DNA from: an uncultured Acidimicrobiales bacterium | Lineage (GTDB): Bacteria > Actinomycetota > Acidimicrobiia > Acidimicrobiales > UBA10347 | DNA: 36,771 nt | NCBI GenBank assembly: GCA_937942965.1 | Contig: CALDGN010000315.1 | Coordinates: 1 to 36,771, forward strand | Reading direction: 5' to 3' | Part shown: one piece after another, positions 6,639 to 14,946 of the stretch | Numbering within the stretch: the stretch's first letter is position 1 | How the letters are laid out: each line of letters starts with the position of its first letter | Notes under the pieces: model-generated | What the model was told of the DNA's origin: nothing | Database searches by the model: none | The model's input: the letters and a program-made list of their open reading frames with translations, nothing else | Position numbers and translations under genes: made by a program

Positions 6639-7364
6639 ATGGCTCGCTTGACTGGGATCACGGTGCTCGCCACCGGTGCTGACGCCGACCTCGGCAAGAC
6701 GACGATTCGCCGGCTCGTTGCCGAAGGTGCGTCGGTCGTTGCCGGAGCGGGACCGAGCCTCGATGACGCTGCGCTCGATGCGCTGGACACCGAGCTCGGT
6801 CCTCGGGTCACGATGGTTGGTCTCGACGTGACCGATGCAACGAGCTGGGACGCCGCAACCGCGCTGGCGTTGAATGAGCATGGGGCGCTCCACGGCCTGG
6901 TGAACTCTGCCTCGACGCTCACGACCGGCCTGATCGCCGACATGGACCCGACGGTGCTGCAATCCATGATCGACGTCAACCTGCTTGGTCCGGCGCTCGG
7001 CATTCGCACCGTTGCCCCGCTGATGCGCAGCGCCGGTGGCGGCGCCATCGTGAACATTGCGTCGACCGAAGCGCTTCGGGGCGCCCGAAACGCAGCGATC
7101 TTCGCGGCCACGAACTGGGGCCTTCGCGGGTTGACCCGCTCGGCTGCCCTTGAGCTCGGCGTCGATGGCATTCGAGTCAATACGGTCTGCCCTTCGATCG
7201 GGCTCATGAGCCCCGGCCAGGGCGAAGCACCGCTACTCGACGGCTCCACCCCTCGTTCGGTGACGATGAGCGATGTCGCCGCGATGGTGGCGTTCTTGCT
7301 GAGCGACGACAGCGCCACATGCACCGGCGGCGACTTCCTCGTCGATGCAGGTGCGACGGCCTAA
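6639..7364 (+). CDS. Short-chain dehydrogenase/reductase-fold protein with degenerate catalytic and cofactor motifs
   Basis: 241-aa ORF that aligns to classical SDRs (IVNIAS...RVNTVCP). However TGxxxGxG reads TGADADLG, NNAG reads NSAS, and S-Y-K reads S142-F155-N159. Confidence 0.85.
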   Translation: MARLTGITVLATGADADLGKTTIRRLVAEGASVVAGAGPSLDDAALDALDTELGPRVTMVGLDVTDATSWDAATALALNEHGALHGLVNSASTLTTGLIADMDPTVLQSMIDVNLLGPALGIRTVAPLMRSAGGGAIVNIASTEALRGARNAAIFAATNWGLRGLTRSAALELGVDGIRVNTVCPSIGLMSPGQGEAPLLDGSTPRSVTMSDVAAMVAFLLSDDSATCTGGDFLVDAGATA

Positions 7365-7428
7365 CCCGAGTGCCTTGAGACAGACGGCTCGCTCGGGCTG
7401 ACTCCGGTACAACCGGTAGAGTTGAGCC

Positions 7429-8364
7429 ATGGCGAAACGGAAACGCAAGGGTGGCACGGCGGTCCTCGCCCCTCCATCAGAACCGCCCGTGATGGCTGGC
7501 CTCGTCAGTCCCCGGCGCACCGTGCCGGCCGGCATTAATCGCCCTCCGTACGCGATGACCGGAGAACCTGGCCCGTCGGTCTCTGACGTCGCCCGCACGC
7601 CCGACGAGATCGCGGCCATGCGTCGCGCCGGCGCTGCGGCCGCAGAGGTGCTTCTGATCGCTGGTTCGATGGTCGCTCCGGGCGTCACGACCGACTCGAT
7701 CGACGTGCGGGTGCACGACGAAGCGCTGGCCCGCAACGCCTATCCGAGCCCACTCAACTACCGGGGCTTCCCCAAGTCGGTGTGCACATCGATCAACGAA
7801 GTCATCTGCCACGGCATCCCTGACAGCCGTCAGCTTCGTGACGGCGACATCGTCAACATCGACGTCACCTTGTTCCTCGACGGCGTGCATGGCGATACGA
7901 GCTGCACGTTCCTGGTCGGCGAGGTCGACGACGTCTCCACGATGCTGGTCCGTGAGACCCGAGTGTCGCTCTACGACGCGATCGCCACCGTGCGCCCTGG
8001 CGCTCCGTTCAATGCGATCGGCAAGGCCATCGAGACCCACGCCAAGAAGTTCGGCCTTGGTGTCGTTCGTGACTTCATCGGCCACGGGGTCGGCACCGAG
8101 TTCCACTCGAACCTGCAGATCCCGCACTACTACCACCCTCGCCTGACCCGCAAGATGGAAGAGGCGATGAGCTTCACCATCGAGCCGATGCTCACGCTGG
8201 GTGCCATCGAGTGCGACATCTGGGACGACGACTGGACCGCGGTGACGATCGACGGTCGACGGACCGCACAGTTCGAACACACGATGGTCGTCACCGATGA
8301 CGGCGTCGAGCTGACCACGGTCACCGCGAGCGGCGAGTGCGCCGCCGACATCTACCGAGACTGA
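7429..8364 (+). CDS. map: Methionine aminopeptidase, type I with N-terminal extension (MapB/type Ic-like)
   Basis: Metal ligands are intact: GDIVNIDVT..DGVHGDTS, IGHGVG..FH, FTIEPM, QFEHT. TAGAGT (7417-7422) plus 6 nt supports a leaderless ATG at 7429. An alternative start is ATG 7492. Confidence 0.92.
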   Translation: MAKRKRKGGTAVLAPPSEPPVMAGLVSPRRTVPAGINRPPYAMTGEPGPSVSDVARTPDEIAAMRRAGAAAAEVLLIAGSMVAPGVTTDSIDVRVHDEALARNAYPSPLNYRGFPKSVCTSINEVICHGIPDSRQLRDGDIVNIDVTLFLDGVHGDTSCTFLVGEVDDVSTMLVRETRVSLYDAIATVRPGAPFNAIGKAIETHAKKFGLGVVRDFIGHGVGTEFHSNLQIPHYYHPRLTRKMEEAMSFTIEPMLTLGAIECDIWDDDWTAVTIDGRRTAQFEHTMVVTDDGVELTTVTASGECAADIYRD

Positions 8365-8374
8365 GCAGCGCATC

Positions 8375-9214
8375 TTGACTCGCCGCTTCAAGCAGGTCGA
8401 CGTCTTCACCGACACGCTCGGCCTGGGCAATCCCGTCGCCGTAGTGCTCGACGGTGACGGACTGTCCGACGCCGAGATGGCCCAGTTCGCTCGCTGGACG
8501 AACCTGTCCGAGACGACGTTCGTGTGCACGCCGTCGGACCCCGATGCCGACTATCACGTGCGCATCTTCACGCCGACCGAAGAACTGCCCTTCGCTGGCC
8601 ACCCGACCGTTGGTACCTGTCATGCCTGGCTCGAAGCCGGCGGTGTCCCGAAGCAGCCCGGCGTAATCGTCCAACAGTGCGGAGTAGGCCTCGTCCCGCT
8701 GCGCCGCGACGGCGATCGGCTGGCATTCGCGACGCCACCACTGATCCGCTCCGGTCCGGTCGACGAGGCCGATCTGCGTCGGGCGATCGACGCGCTTGGC
8801 CTGGCCGACGACGAAGTCCTCGACAGCGCGTGGGTTGACAACGGTCCGGGCTGGCTCGGTATTCGAATTGCCGACCCTGAACGACTCGCTCAGCTCACAG
8901 CCAACCTCGACAGCCGATTCAAGGTCGGCGTGGTCGCCGTGTACCCCGGTGGTGAGACCGGCTCGGTCGACCCGGCGATCAAGGTGCGCGCCTTCTTCTG
9001 GGCGGGCAGCACCCGCGAAGATCCCGTCACCGGAAGTCTGAACGGCAGCATCGCTCAATGGCTGCTCGGCAACGGCACGATCCAGTCGCCCTACGTCTCG
9101 TCCCAAGGCCGAGAGATGCAGCGTGATGGGCGAGTCTCGGTGACCGAAGCCGACGGCGAGATCTGGGTCGGTGGCTCGGCCGTGACTGGCGTCGATGGGC
9201 AAGTGCACTTGTGA
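8375..9214 (+). CDS. PhzF-family isomerase-like protein
   Basis: 279-aa ORF with a TTG start 10 nt after the map stop. Contains FKQVDVFT...GNPVAVV...LSETTFV...RIFTP..ELPFAGHPT, typical of the PhzF/DAP-epimerase-like fold. Confidence 0.87.
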   Translation: MTRRFKQVDVFTDTLGLGNPVAVVLDGDGLSDAEMAQFARWTNLSETTFVCTPSDPDADYHVRIFTPTEELPFAGHPTVGTCHAWLEAGGVPKQPGVIVQQCGVGLVPLRRDGDRLAFATPPLIRSGPVDEADLRRAIDALGLADDEVLDSAWVDNGPGWLGIRIADPERLAQLTANLDSRFKVGVVAVYPGGETGSVDPAIKVRAFFWAGSTREDPVTGSLNGSIAQWLLGNGTIQSPYVSSQGREMQRDGRVSVTEADGEIWVGGSAVTGVDGQVHL

Positions 9215-9224
9215 GCCCAGACCG

Positions 9225-9887
9225 ATGAGTGCAGAGCCAGGCCCGACACGGTTCATCGTGGTTCGCCACGGCGAATCCAATGTCACGGTCGAACGACGAC
9301 TCGGCGGCATGGAAGCCTGCACCGGCCTGAGTCCGCTTGGCCGCCAGCAAGCAGAGCGACTTCGTGACCGGTTTGCTTCAGGCCATGAACCTGCGATCGA
9401 CGAGGTCTGGGCGAGCCCGCTGCCTCGGGCGTACGAGACGGCCGAGATCGTGAACGAGGCGATCGGCCTCGATATCCAGGTCGATCCTGAGTTCGAAGAG
9501 TTTCGCCCTGGCGCTGTCGATGGCTGGCTCTTCGAGGACTACATCGCCGAATACGGCCGCCCCGACGAGCTCGCCAACCCGTATCGCTACATCGCTGAAG
9601 GCGGAGATAGCCGAGCGTCGTTCTTTTTGCGTATCGGCGAGGCGACCGAGCGGCTCGTCGCCGCGAGCGAAGGCAAGTCGATCGCCTTGTTCTGCCACGG
9701 CGGCGTGGTCGACGTCATCTTCCGGCGACTTCTCGCGATCCAAAGCGAGACGCCGTTCCAGTTGCACACGATCAACACGTCAGTGAACGAGTTCGTGACG
9801 ACGGCGCACGGGCCGCCTCGCCGCTGGCGTCTCGCTCGCTACAACGACAGTGCGCATCTTGCCGGGTTGCCCGCAGCGACGAACTGA
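9225..9887 (+). CDS. Histidine phosphatase (phosphoglycerate-mutase-like) family protein
   Basis: RHG motif in FIVVRHGESN and a second His in LFCHGGVV. ATG 9225 lies just after the PhzF stop (9214); the ORF-track start 9195 would overlap that gene. Confidence 0.85.
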   Translation: MSAEPGPTRFIVVRHGESNVTVERRLGGMEACTGLSPLGRQQAERLRDRFASGHEPAIDEVWASPLPRAYETAEIVNEAIGLDIQVDPEFEEFRPGAVDGWLFEDYIAEYGRPDELANPYRYIAEGGDSRASFFLRIGEATERLVAASEGKSIALFCHGGVVDVIFRRLLAIQSETPFQLHTINTSVNEFVTTAHGPPRRWRLARYNDSAHLAGLPAATN

Positions 9888-9896
9888 GCGATCTGG

Positions 9897-11324
9897 TTAG
9901 AGGGCTGAGGCGGCGCCGCCAGCTTGTGGCGTGCGGGTGAACGACGCGATCACGCCTTCGGCGATACGAGTCATGTCACCGGTGTCTCGATCAAAGATCC
10001 AGATGCCATCGGTCGCGTCACCGAGCTGGCGGCCGGAGAATACGAATAGGCGGCTGCTCGGTGACCAGAAGTCGTGGCTCTGTTCGTACTGATCGAAGAA
10101 CGGCCAGTACGCGTTCACCGATTCTTCGCTTGGCACGAAGGCCGGCGTGGTGAAGACCTGTCCGCCCGTGTCGACGCGCAGCACGGTCGCACCTCGGTCG
10201 CCCGGTGCGGTTTCGAACCAGGCCACCGACTGGCCGTCGGGGCTGGGGAACAGTGCCTTGGCGGGCAGGCTCGATAGGGCGAACGGTTCGCCACCGAAGG
10301 TGCCCATGACATAGGGGATACCCAACTGGATCGGGTCGATCGCATCGAGCGAGTCGTCGAACTCGGGCGTCGGCTCGGGGTCGGTCTGCATCGCAAACTC
10401 GACTTCGCCCCGTTCGGTCGGATCAGCGGACGCCGTCACCACAGGGTCGTCATCGGGGGCGAGCGTTGCTTGCATAACCACCCGGTTGCCTTCGTTGCTC
10501 ACCGAGAAGCGGAGCTGGCCAGGGAAGGTCACGAGTGGTCGGCGGCCTTCGCCTGAGGAACCAGTCGTGATGAGGAACTGTTGCTCGTCTTGGACATCGG
10601 CGAACACGAGTGAATCATCGGGGAGCCAGGCGGGAGCCCCGAACGCAGCGGGGAACTCGTCGATGATGATCGTGGCGCTGCCCAAGTCGATCTGGTCGAG
10701 TCGGAACCCACTCGCGTGCACGAGCAGCTCATCGCCGTTGGGCCCCCAGGCCATGAAGAACGGTTGGCCGCGGTCGATGCGGCGGTTGGTGGGGCCGTCC
10801 TCGGCGAACGGTTCGGCGATGGAGAGGTCGATACCGCCGGGCGAGTTCGAAAGGTGGGCGATGCGGGCGGCCGACGGGTCCCAGTACAAGTAGTAGGGGG
10901 CGTCGTCGACGGGCACGCTGCTGAAGTCGCTGCGGTCGAACCGGTCGAGCGAGATCGTGGTCTCGCCGGTGGCTTCGTCGACCGCGACCCACGCAATGCG
11001 GGAACCGTCAGGCGCCCATGAAGCTTGTGAGTTGATCGTGCCGGGATCGGTGAGTGGCTCGACTTCGGTGCCATCAGGCAGCATCGTCGAGAGCTGCGAA
11101 GCGGCGTCTTGTACAACGAGGCGGCCGTCGTCGTTGTTCTCTTGCTGTTCGAGTTCGTCGCCTTGGCCTGGCTCTCCGTCGAGAGCATCGGGATCCGCAG
11201 GGGGCAGAATCGAGATGTCGGGAGCGTCTCGTTCTGGCGTTGCCTCGAGGATCTCGGTCGTCGAACCGCTGCAGGCAGAAGCGACGAGACCCACAATCAA
11301 GAGCAGGGTCAGAAATCGCCGCAT
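9897..11324 (-). CDS. TolB-like WD40 beta-propeller lipoprotein
   Basis: Start MRRFLTLLLIVGLVASAC-SG (lipobox). Repeated motifs SWAPDGSRIAWV, WGPNGDELLV, FPSPDGQSVAWF, WSPSSRLFVF. TAGATT (11340-11335, minus strand) lies 10 nt upstream of ATG 11324. Confidence 0.8.
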   Translation of the reverse strand: MRRFLTLLLIVGLVASACSGSTTEILEATPERDAPDISILPPADPDALDGEPGQGDELEQQENNDDGRLVVQDAASQLSTMLPDGTEVEPLTDPGTINSQASWAPDGSRIAWVAVDEATGETTISLDRFDRSDFSSVPVDDAPYYLYWDPSAARIAHLSNSPGGIDLSIAEPFAEDGPTNRRIDRGQPFFMAWGPNGDELLVHASGFRLDQIDLGSATIIIDEFPAAFGAPAWLPDDSLVFADVQDEQQFLITTGSSGEGRRPLVTFPGQLRFSVSNEGNRVVMQATLAPDDDPVVTASADPTERGEVEFAMQTDPEPTPEFDDSLDAIDPIQLGIPYVMGTFGGEPFALSSLPAKALFPSPDGQSVAWFETAPGDRGATVLRVDTGGQVFTTPAFVPSEESVNAYWPFFDQYEQSHDFWSPSSRLFVFSGRQLGDATDGIWIFDRDTGDMTRIAEGVIASFTRTPQAGGAASAL

Positions 11325-11384
11325 CACTGGCTGCAATCTAACGGCCCAGTTCGGGCGTGTGCGGTCGCCTGGCCCGAGCTGGCC

Positions 11385-11421
11385 AAAACGATCATCGGGC
11401 GCAGGATGCACCTGCGCCCGA
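11385..11421 (-). terminator. Intrinsic terminator after mutM
   Basis: Perfect 11-bp stem TCGGGCGCAGG / CCTGCGCCCGA (11395-11405 / 11411-11421) with a 5-nt loop. On the minus strand it is followed by TGATCGTTTTGG. It lies about 125 nt past the mutM stop. Confidence 0.5.
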
Positions 11422-11545
11422 CACGTTCCACGAGGACCTACTCCGCCCGCTGTGGTTGAGGCATCTTGCCACCTCGGGCTCGCGGACACAACAGGATCTT
11501 TTTGGCGTGGCCCATTTCAGGGATGCGGCGGAAGTGCCGCTCGAC

Positions 11546-12346
11546 TCAGCGGCGCTGACAGCTTGGGCACCACGTCGTCGTGCGGGCATCCCAGATCCGT
11601 GACCGCAAGATCTCGCCACACCGCTCGCACGGCTCGCCGCCTCGGCCGTAACACTCCAGATAGAACTGATTCGAGCCCTGGCCGCCTTCGGCATTGCGGT
11701 AGTCCCGCAGCGTCGTGCCACCGTTCTCGATGCCAGCCCGCAGCACATCGACGATTGCCTCGTGCAGCCGCTCGGCCGCCGGTCGGGTCAGCGTGCGAGC
11801 AGCCGGATAGACACGGCTGCGCCAGAGCGCCTCGTCGGCATAGATATTGCCGATCCCGGCGACCGGCCGTTGGCTCAGCAGTTGCGTCTTGATGCGACGA
11901 GAGCTGGCTTTGAGCGCGCGGTGAAGATGTTCCGGAGTGAACTCGGGGTCGAAGGGTTCGGGCCCGAGCTGATGCAGGGTTGCGATCGAGGCGTAGTCGC
12001 CGGCTTCGACGACACGGATCCGGCCGAAACGGCGCACGTCGCGAAACACAAGTGTCGAGTCGTCATCGAGCTTCCACCACGCACGGACGTAGTCGTCGAG
12101 GTCAGGGTCTGCCTGCACTGACAGCTGGCCGGTCATACCCAGGTGCACGATGAGCTCACGATCGTCATCGAGATCGAGGATCAGGTACTTGCCGCGCCGG
12201 CGAACCCCGTCGATACCTGCGCCCGCGGCATGGGTCGCTTCGGCAAATTTCGCAGACGGATGGGCGTCGGCCGAAGCGATCGCTCGCCGTCGCAGCACTG
12301 GGTCGAGCTGGCGGCGGATGGTTTCGACTTCGGGGAGCTCAGGCAT
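11546..12346 (-). CDS. mutM: Formamidopyrimidine-DNA glycosylase (Fpg/Nei family)
   Basis: N-terminal MPELPEVE with the catalytic Pro2/Glu3, an H2TH region, and a C-terminal zinc finger CERCG...CPSCQ. Confidence 0.9.
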   Translation of the reverse strand: MPELPEVETIRRQLDPVLRRRAIASADAHPSAKFAEATHAAGAGIDGVRRRGKYLILDLDDDRELIVHLGMTGQLSVQADPDLDDYVRAWWKLDDDSTLVFRDVRRFGRIRVVEAGDYASIATLHQLGPEPFDPEFTPEHLHRALKASSRRIKTQLLSQRPVAGIGNIYADEALWRSRVYPAARTLTRPAAERLHEAIVDVLRAGIENGGTTLRDYRNAEGGQGSNQFYLECYGRGGEPCERCGEILRSRIWDARTTTWCPSCQRR

Positions 12347-12397
12347 AGGTCAACGCTTCGGGTAGCGGCACGCGCCCGGTGACGGTAGACCAATCGG

Positions 12398-13537
12398 GTG
12401 ACCGACCACGACCCTGGCAACGACGACGAGTTGTACCAAGAGCTTCTGCAGCGGGGCGAGATCGTCGTCGATCTCGATGCCGCACAACTCGAGGCATGGG
12501 CGAGCGGTCTGTTCGCAGCACTCGATGATGATGCAGCGGTGCTCGACTTCGTCTCGTACGCATCGAGCCGCCAGACGCCCGTCTCGGCGGCTGTGCTTGC
12601 GGCAATCGGCTATCTGGCCGACGACGAGGTCGCTCGGGCGGCTCGGCAGTCATCGGATCGGATGGCGTCGCTTGCCCCCGAATCGGTGGCTGGCCTCGGT
12701 CGAGCCCGCTCGGCGCAGGCATGGCGAGTGCAGGCCCGATTCGGCAGCTCGCTCGTCATCGGCTTCCGCCAGGATCCCGATGTTGTGGATCACGCACTGC
12801 TGGTCGAGATCGAAGACGGCGTGCTCACTGATCTGCAGATGTCGGGGCCGCCGAACGAGCTGCTTGACCCGGATGTCGTCGGTGATGGCGTCGAGGTCGT
12901 GACGATCGAGGCGAGCGATGCGCTCCAAGAGGTCGTGGCTGCCTGGGAAAAGGCCGCCCAAGTCGGTGTCGAGGTGACACCCGGCATCGCAGCGAACCAG
13001 CATCTGGTTCGTCGACGCCTTGGCGAAGAGCTCGGCGCCGATCTTGTGCTCTTCGAAGCGCACGAGGCTGCCGTTGATCTCAGTCGGGGAATGTCCGCAG
13101 ACGAAATCGCCCGAGCAAACGAAGCTGCGCTCGGGACACTCCGAGCTGCCGTCGGCGATCCGAACCCGCCGGACCTTGGATCTGGGCCTGAGTCACAGTC
13201 GGGTTGGGTCGAAGTTGTGCGAGGAACCGTGCCCGGGCTTTCGCCCCGCGAGCAAGAAGGCCTGCTCTGGTTGGAGTGGGCGGACTGGCTTGGCGTGGGC
13301 ATCGGTCTGCTTCGGGGCGGAGCCGAACACCCGATTACCGCAGGATCGTTCGTCGACCTGATCAACCGCTGTCCCGAGATCTCATCGACTGTGCATGCCG
13401 ACGATCGCGACTACGCGGAGTGGGCCTTCGATGTCGCCATCGAGCATCTCCAAGACAACGGACTGGTCGATGACGAGTCGCTCACCGAGACCGGGTGGTC
13501 CAGCTTGCATGCCTCGCTTATCGCCGCCTGGAGCTAG
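12398..13537 (+). CDS. Hypothetical acidic cytoplasmic protein (no family recognised)
   Basis: 379-aa ORF with a GTG start and strong G/C bias at third codon positions. No signal peptide or TM segment is visible. Confidence 0.7.
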   Translation: MTDHDPGNDDELYQELLQRGEIVVDLDAAQLEAWASGLFAALDDDAAVLDFVSYASSRQTPVSAAVLAAIGYLADDEVARAARQSSDRMASLAPESVAGLGRARSAQAWRVQARFGSSLVIGFRQDPDVVDHALLVEIEDGVLTDLQMSGPPNELLDPDVVGDGVEVVTIEASDALQEVVAAWEKAAQVGVEVTPGIAANQHLVRRRLGEELGADLVLFEAHEAAVDLSRGMSADEIARANEAALGTLRAAVGDPNPPDLGSGPESQSGWVEVVRGTVPGLSPREQEGLLWLEWADWLGVGIGLLRGGAEHPITAGSFVDLINRCPEISSTVHADDRDYAEWAFDVAIEHLQDNGLVDDESLTETGWSSLHASLIAAWS

Positions 13538-14544
13538 TAGTTCCCGAAGTTTTGGGTGATGAAGACCTGGCCATCGCCACGGATGGCAACACCGATACCG
13601 ACAACGTTGTAGGTGCCGGTCATGTTCACGTAGTGGCTGGGGCTGTCTTCGAGTGCCGATTGGGCCCATTGAATCGTGGGAGCCTCGGCGACGTTCTCGG
13701 CCCATGCTTGCCAACCGGCTGGCATCATCGCACTCAACTGGGCCTGTGGGCGGTGCGAGATGCCGCCCGCGTTGACCATCTGTTGTGACCAGTCGCGGGC
13801 GATTGCGGAGATGTCGGAACGGAGCTGTAGAGCGGGCAGGCCCACCCGTGCCCGGACCGCATTGATCTGATTGAACGCGTAGACCTCCATCTGCCCGGCG
13901 TCGCCTGGAGGCGCAGCAGGAACAGCGGTAGGGATAGGCGTGGCCGTCGGAATCGCAGTCGCGATCGGTGTCGCGGTCGGGATGGGCGTCGGCAGCGGCG
14001 TGGCGGTCGGAATCGGGGTTGGTAGCGGAGTCGCGGTGGGAAGCGGCGTCGGGATTGGCGTCGCCGTGGGCTCGACCGGTGCCGGCGTCGCGGTCGGAGG
14101 CACGGGCGTGGCGGTCGGCGGGACAGCAGTTGCCGTCGCCGGGGGAGTGGTGGGGATCGCGAGCGCGGTCGGGACCGGCTCGGCAGCCTCGTTTGAATCG
14201 GCCTGCTGGGGTACAGCGGGGGCAAGGGTCGGAACCGTCACGGGGCCCGTGGTCGGAAGCGGCGTCGCGGTCGGTTCTGGAGTTGGCGTCTCTGCAGGGG
14301 CTTCGGCCCCGTCTGCTTCGTCGGAGTCACCAGCCGAGGCCGGATCGGCGTCGCCGCCAGTGCCGTCGGCGGTATCCGCGGCGGAGACGCCAGGGACACC
14401 GAGGACACCAGCGCTCAACGTGGTGCGCTCGGCGGGGCGAAGCATGCTCAGCACCAAAACGATGCCCAGCATGGCGACGAGCAGTCCGATGATCGGGACA
14501 GTCGTGACGCGCCCAGCTAGTGACGTGGAACGGGGAGTCGACAT
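13534..14544 (-). CDS. Membrane-anchored CAP/SCP (YkwD-like) domain protein with Pro/Thr-rich linker
   Basis: N-terminal TM helix (VPIIGLLVAMLGIVLVLSML), a roughly 130-aa acidic then PT-rich spacer, and a C-terminal CAP domain (AFNQINAVRA..GLP.L....IA..WSQQM.....SH...GENVA......W..SP.H..NM....VGIGV). Confidence 0.85.
   Translation of the reverse strand: MSTPRSTSLAGRVTTVPIIGLLVAMLGIVLVLSMLRPAERTTLSAGVLGVPGVSAADTADGTGGDADPASAGDSDEADGAEAPAETPTPEPTATPLPTTGPVTVPTLAPAVPQQADSNEAAEPVPTALAIPTTPPATATAVPPTATPVPPTATPAPVEPTATPIPTPLPTATPLPTPIPTATPLPTPIPTATPIATAIPTATPIPTAVPAAPPGDAGQMEVYAFNQINAVRARVGLPALQLRSDISAIARDWSQQMVNAGGISHRPQAQLSAMMPAGWQAWAENVAEAPTIQWAQSALEDSPSHYVNMTGTYNVVGIGVAIRGDGQVFITQNFGNY
13924..14070 (-). 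repeat. Imperfect in-frame tandem repeats encoding PTATP(L/I)PTPI units
   Basis: The translation reads PTATPIPTPLPTATPLPTPIPTATPLPTPIPTATPIATAIPTATPIPTA. This is a coding low-complexity linker, not a CRISPR array. Confidence 0.6.
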
Positions 14545-14711
14545 GAGGCGAAGGGGTCGGGGACGGAGCGGAGTAGGTCCGGTGCGCAGGCACCGTTCGT
14601 AACGGAACGGTAATCCTTTCGTTCGCGGAATGTTACGCGCCCCTGGAGATTTCCTAGGCCGGGTGGCACCGACCCGACATGCCTACCTGAAACAGGGCTA
14701 CGGTTCGGGTC

Positions 14712-14909
14712 GTGGAGCCTGTGGAGCTGACCGGCGCCGGTGATGATCGGCTCAATCCCCCGAGTGTCACGCCTGAGCCCGCGCCCCCAGACGACCAGCT
14801 CGTCAAGCTCGCGGCCGTCGGATCCGTGATCGGAGCCATCTTCGGATTGCTCGTGCTGCAATGGCTTCGACGCAACATCAACGTGAGCGTCAGCCGACGG
14901 ACGAACTAA
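14712..14909 (+). CDS. Possible small single-pass membrane protein (65 aa)
   Basis: One hydrophobic helix (LAAVGSVIGAIFGLLVLQWL) followed by RRN. About three quarters of third codon positions are G/C. TACGGT (14699-14704) plus 7 nt precedes the GTG start, a leaderless geometry. Confidence 0.45.
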   Translation: MEPVELTGAGDDRLNPPSVTPEPAPPDDQLVKLAAVGSVIGAIFGLLVLQWLRRNINVSVSRRTN

Positions 14910-14946
14910 CCCACGATCTAGCCCGTCGGCTTGGGTTGGCTCTTGC

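Noticed and set aside
11325-11489. Upstream extension of the TolB-like ORF (start at 11489)
   Set aside because: The extension runs through the mutM terminator hairpin. It precedes an ideal lipoprotein signal peptide starting at ATG 11324, which has its own -10-like box.
13924-14070. Short tandem repeats that could be mistaken for a CRISPR or VNTR locus
   Set aside because: The repeats are imperfect, in frame and have no unique spacers. They translate to a PTATPxPTPI linker inside an intact gene.
13940-14602. Gly/Val/Ala-rich 220-aa plus-strand ORF, and the acidic 121-aa ORF at 25123-25488 on the minus strand
   Set aside because: These are mirror images of coding low-complexity tracts: the Pro/Thr linker of the CAP-domain protein and the poly-Ser tail of the FmdB-like protein. 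Neither has independent support.
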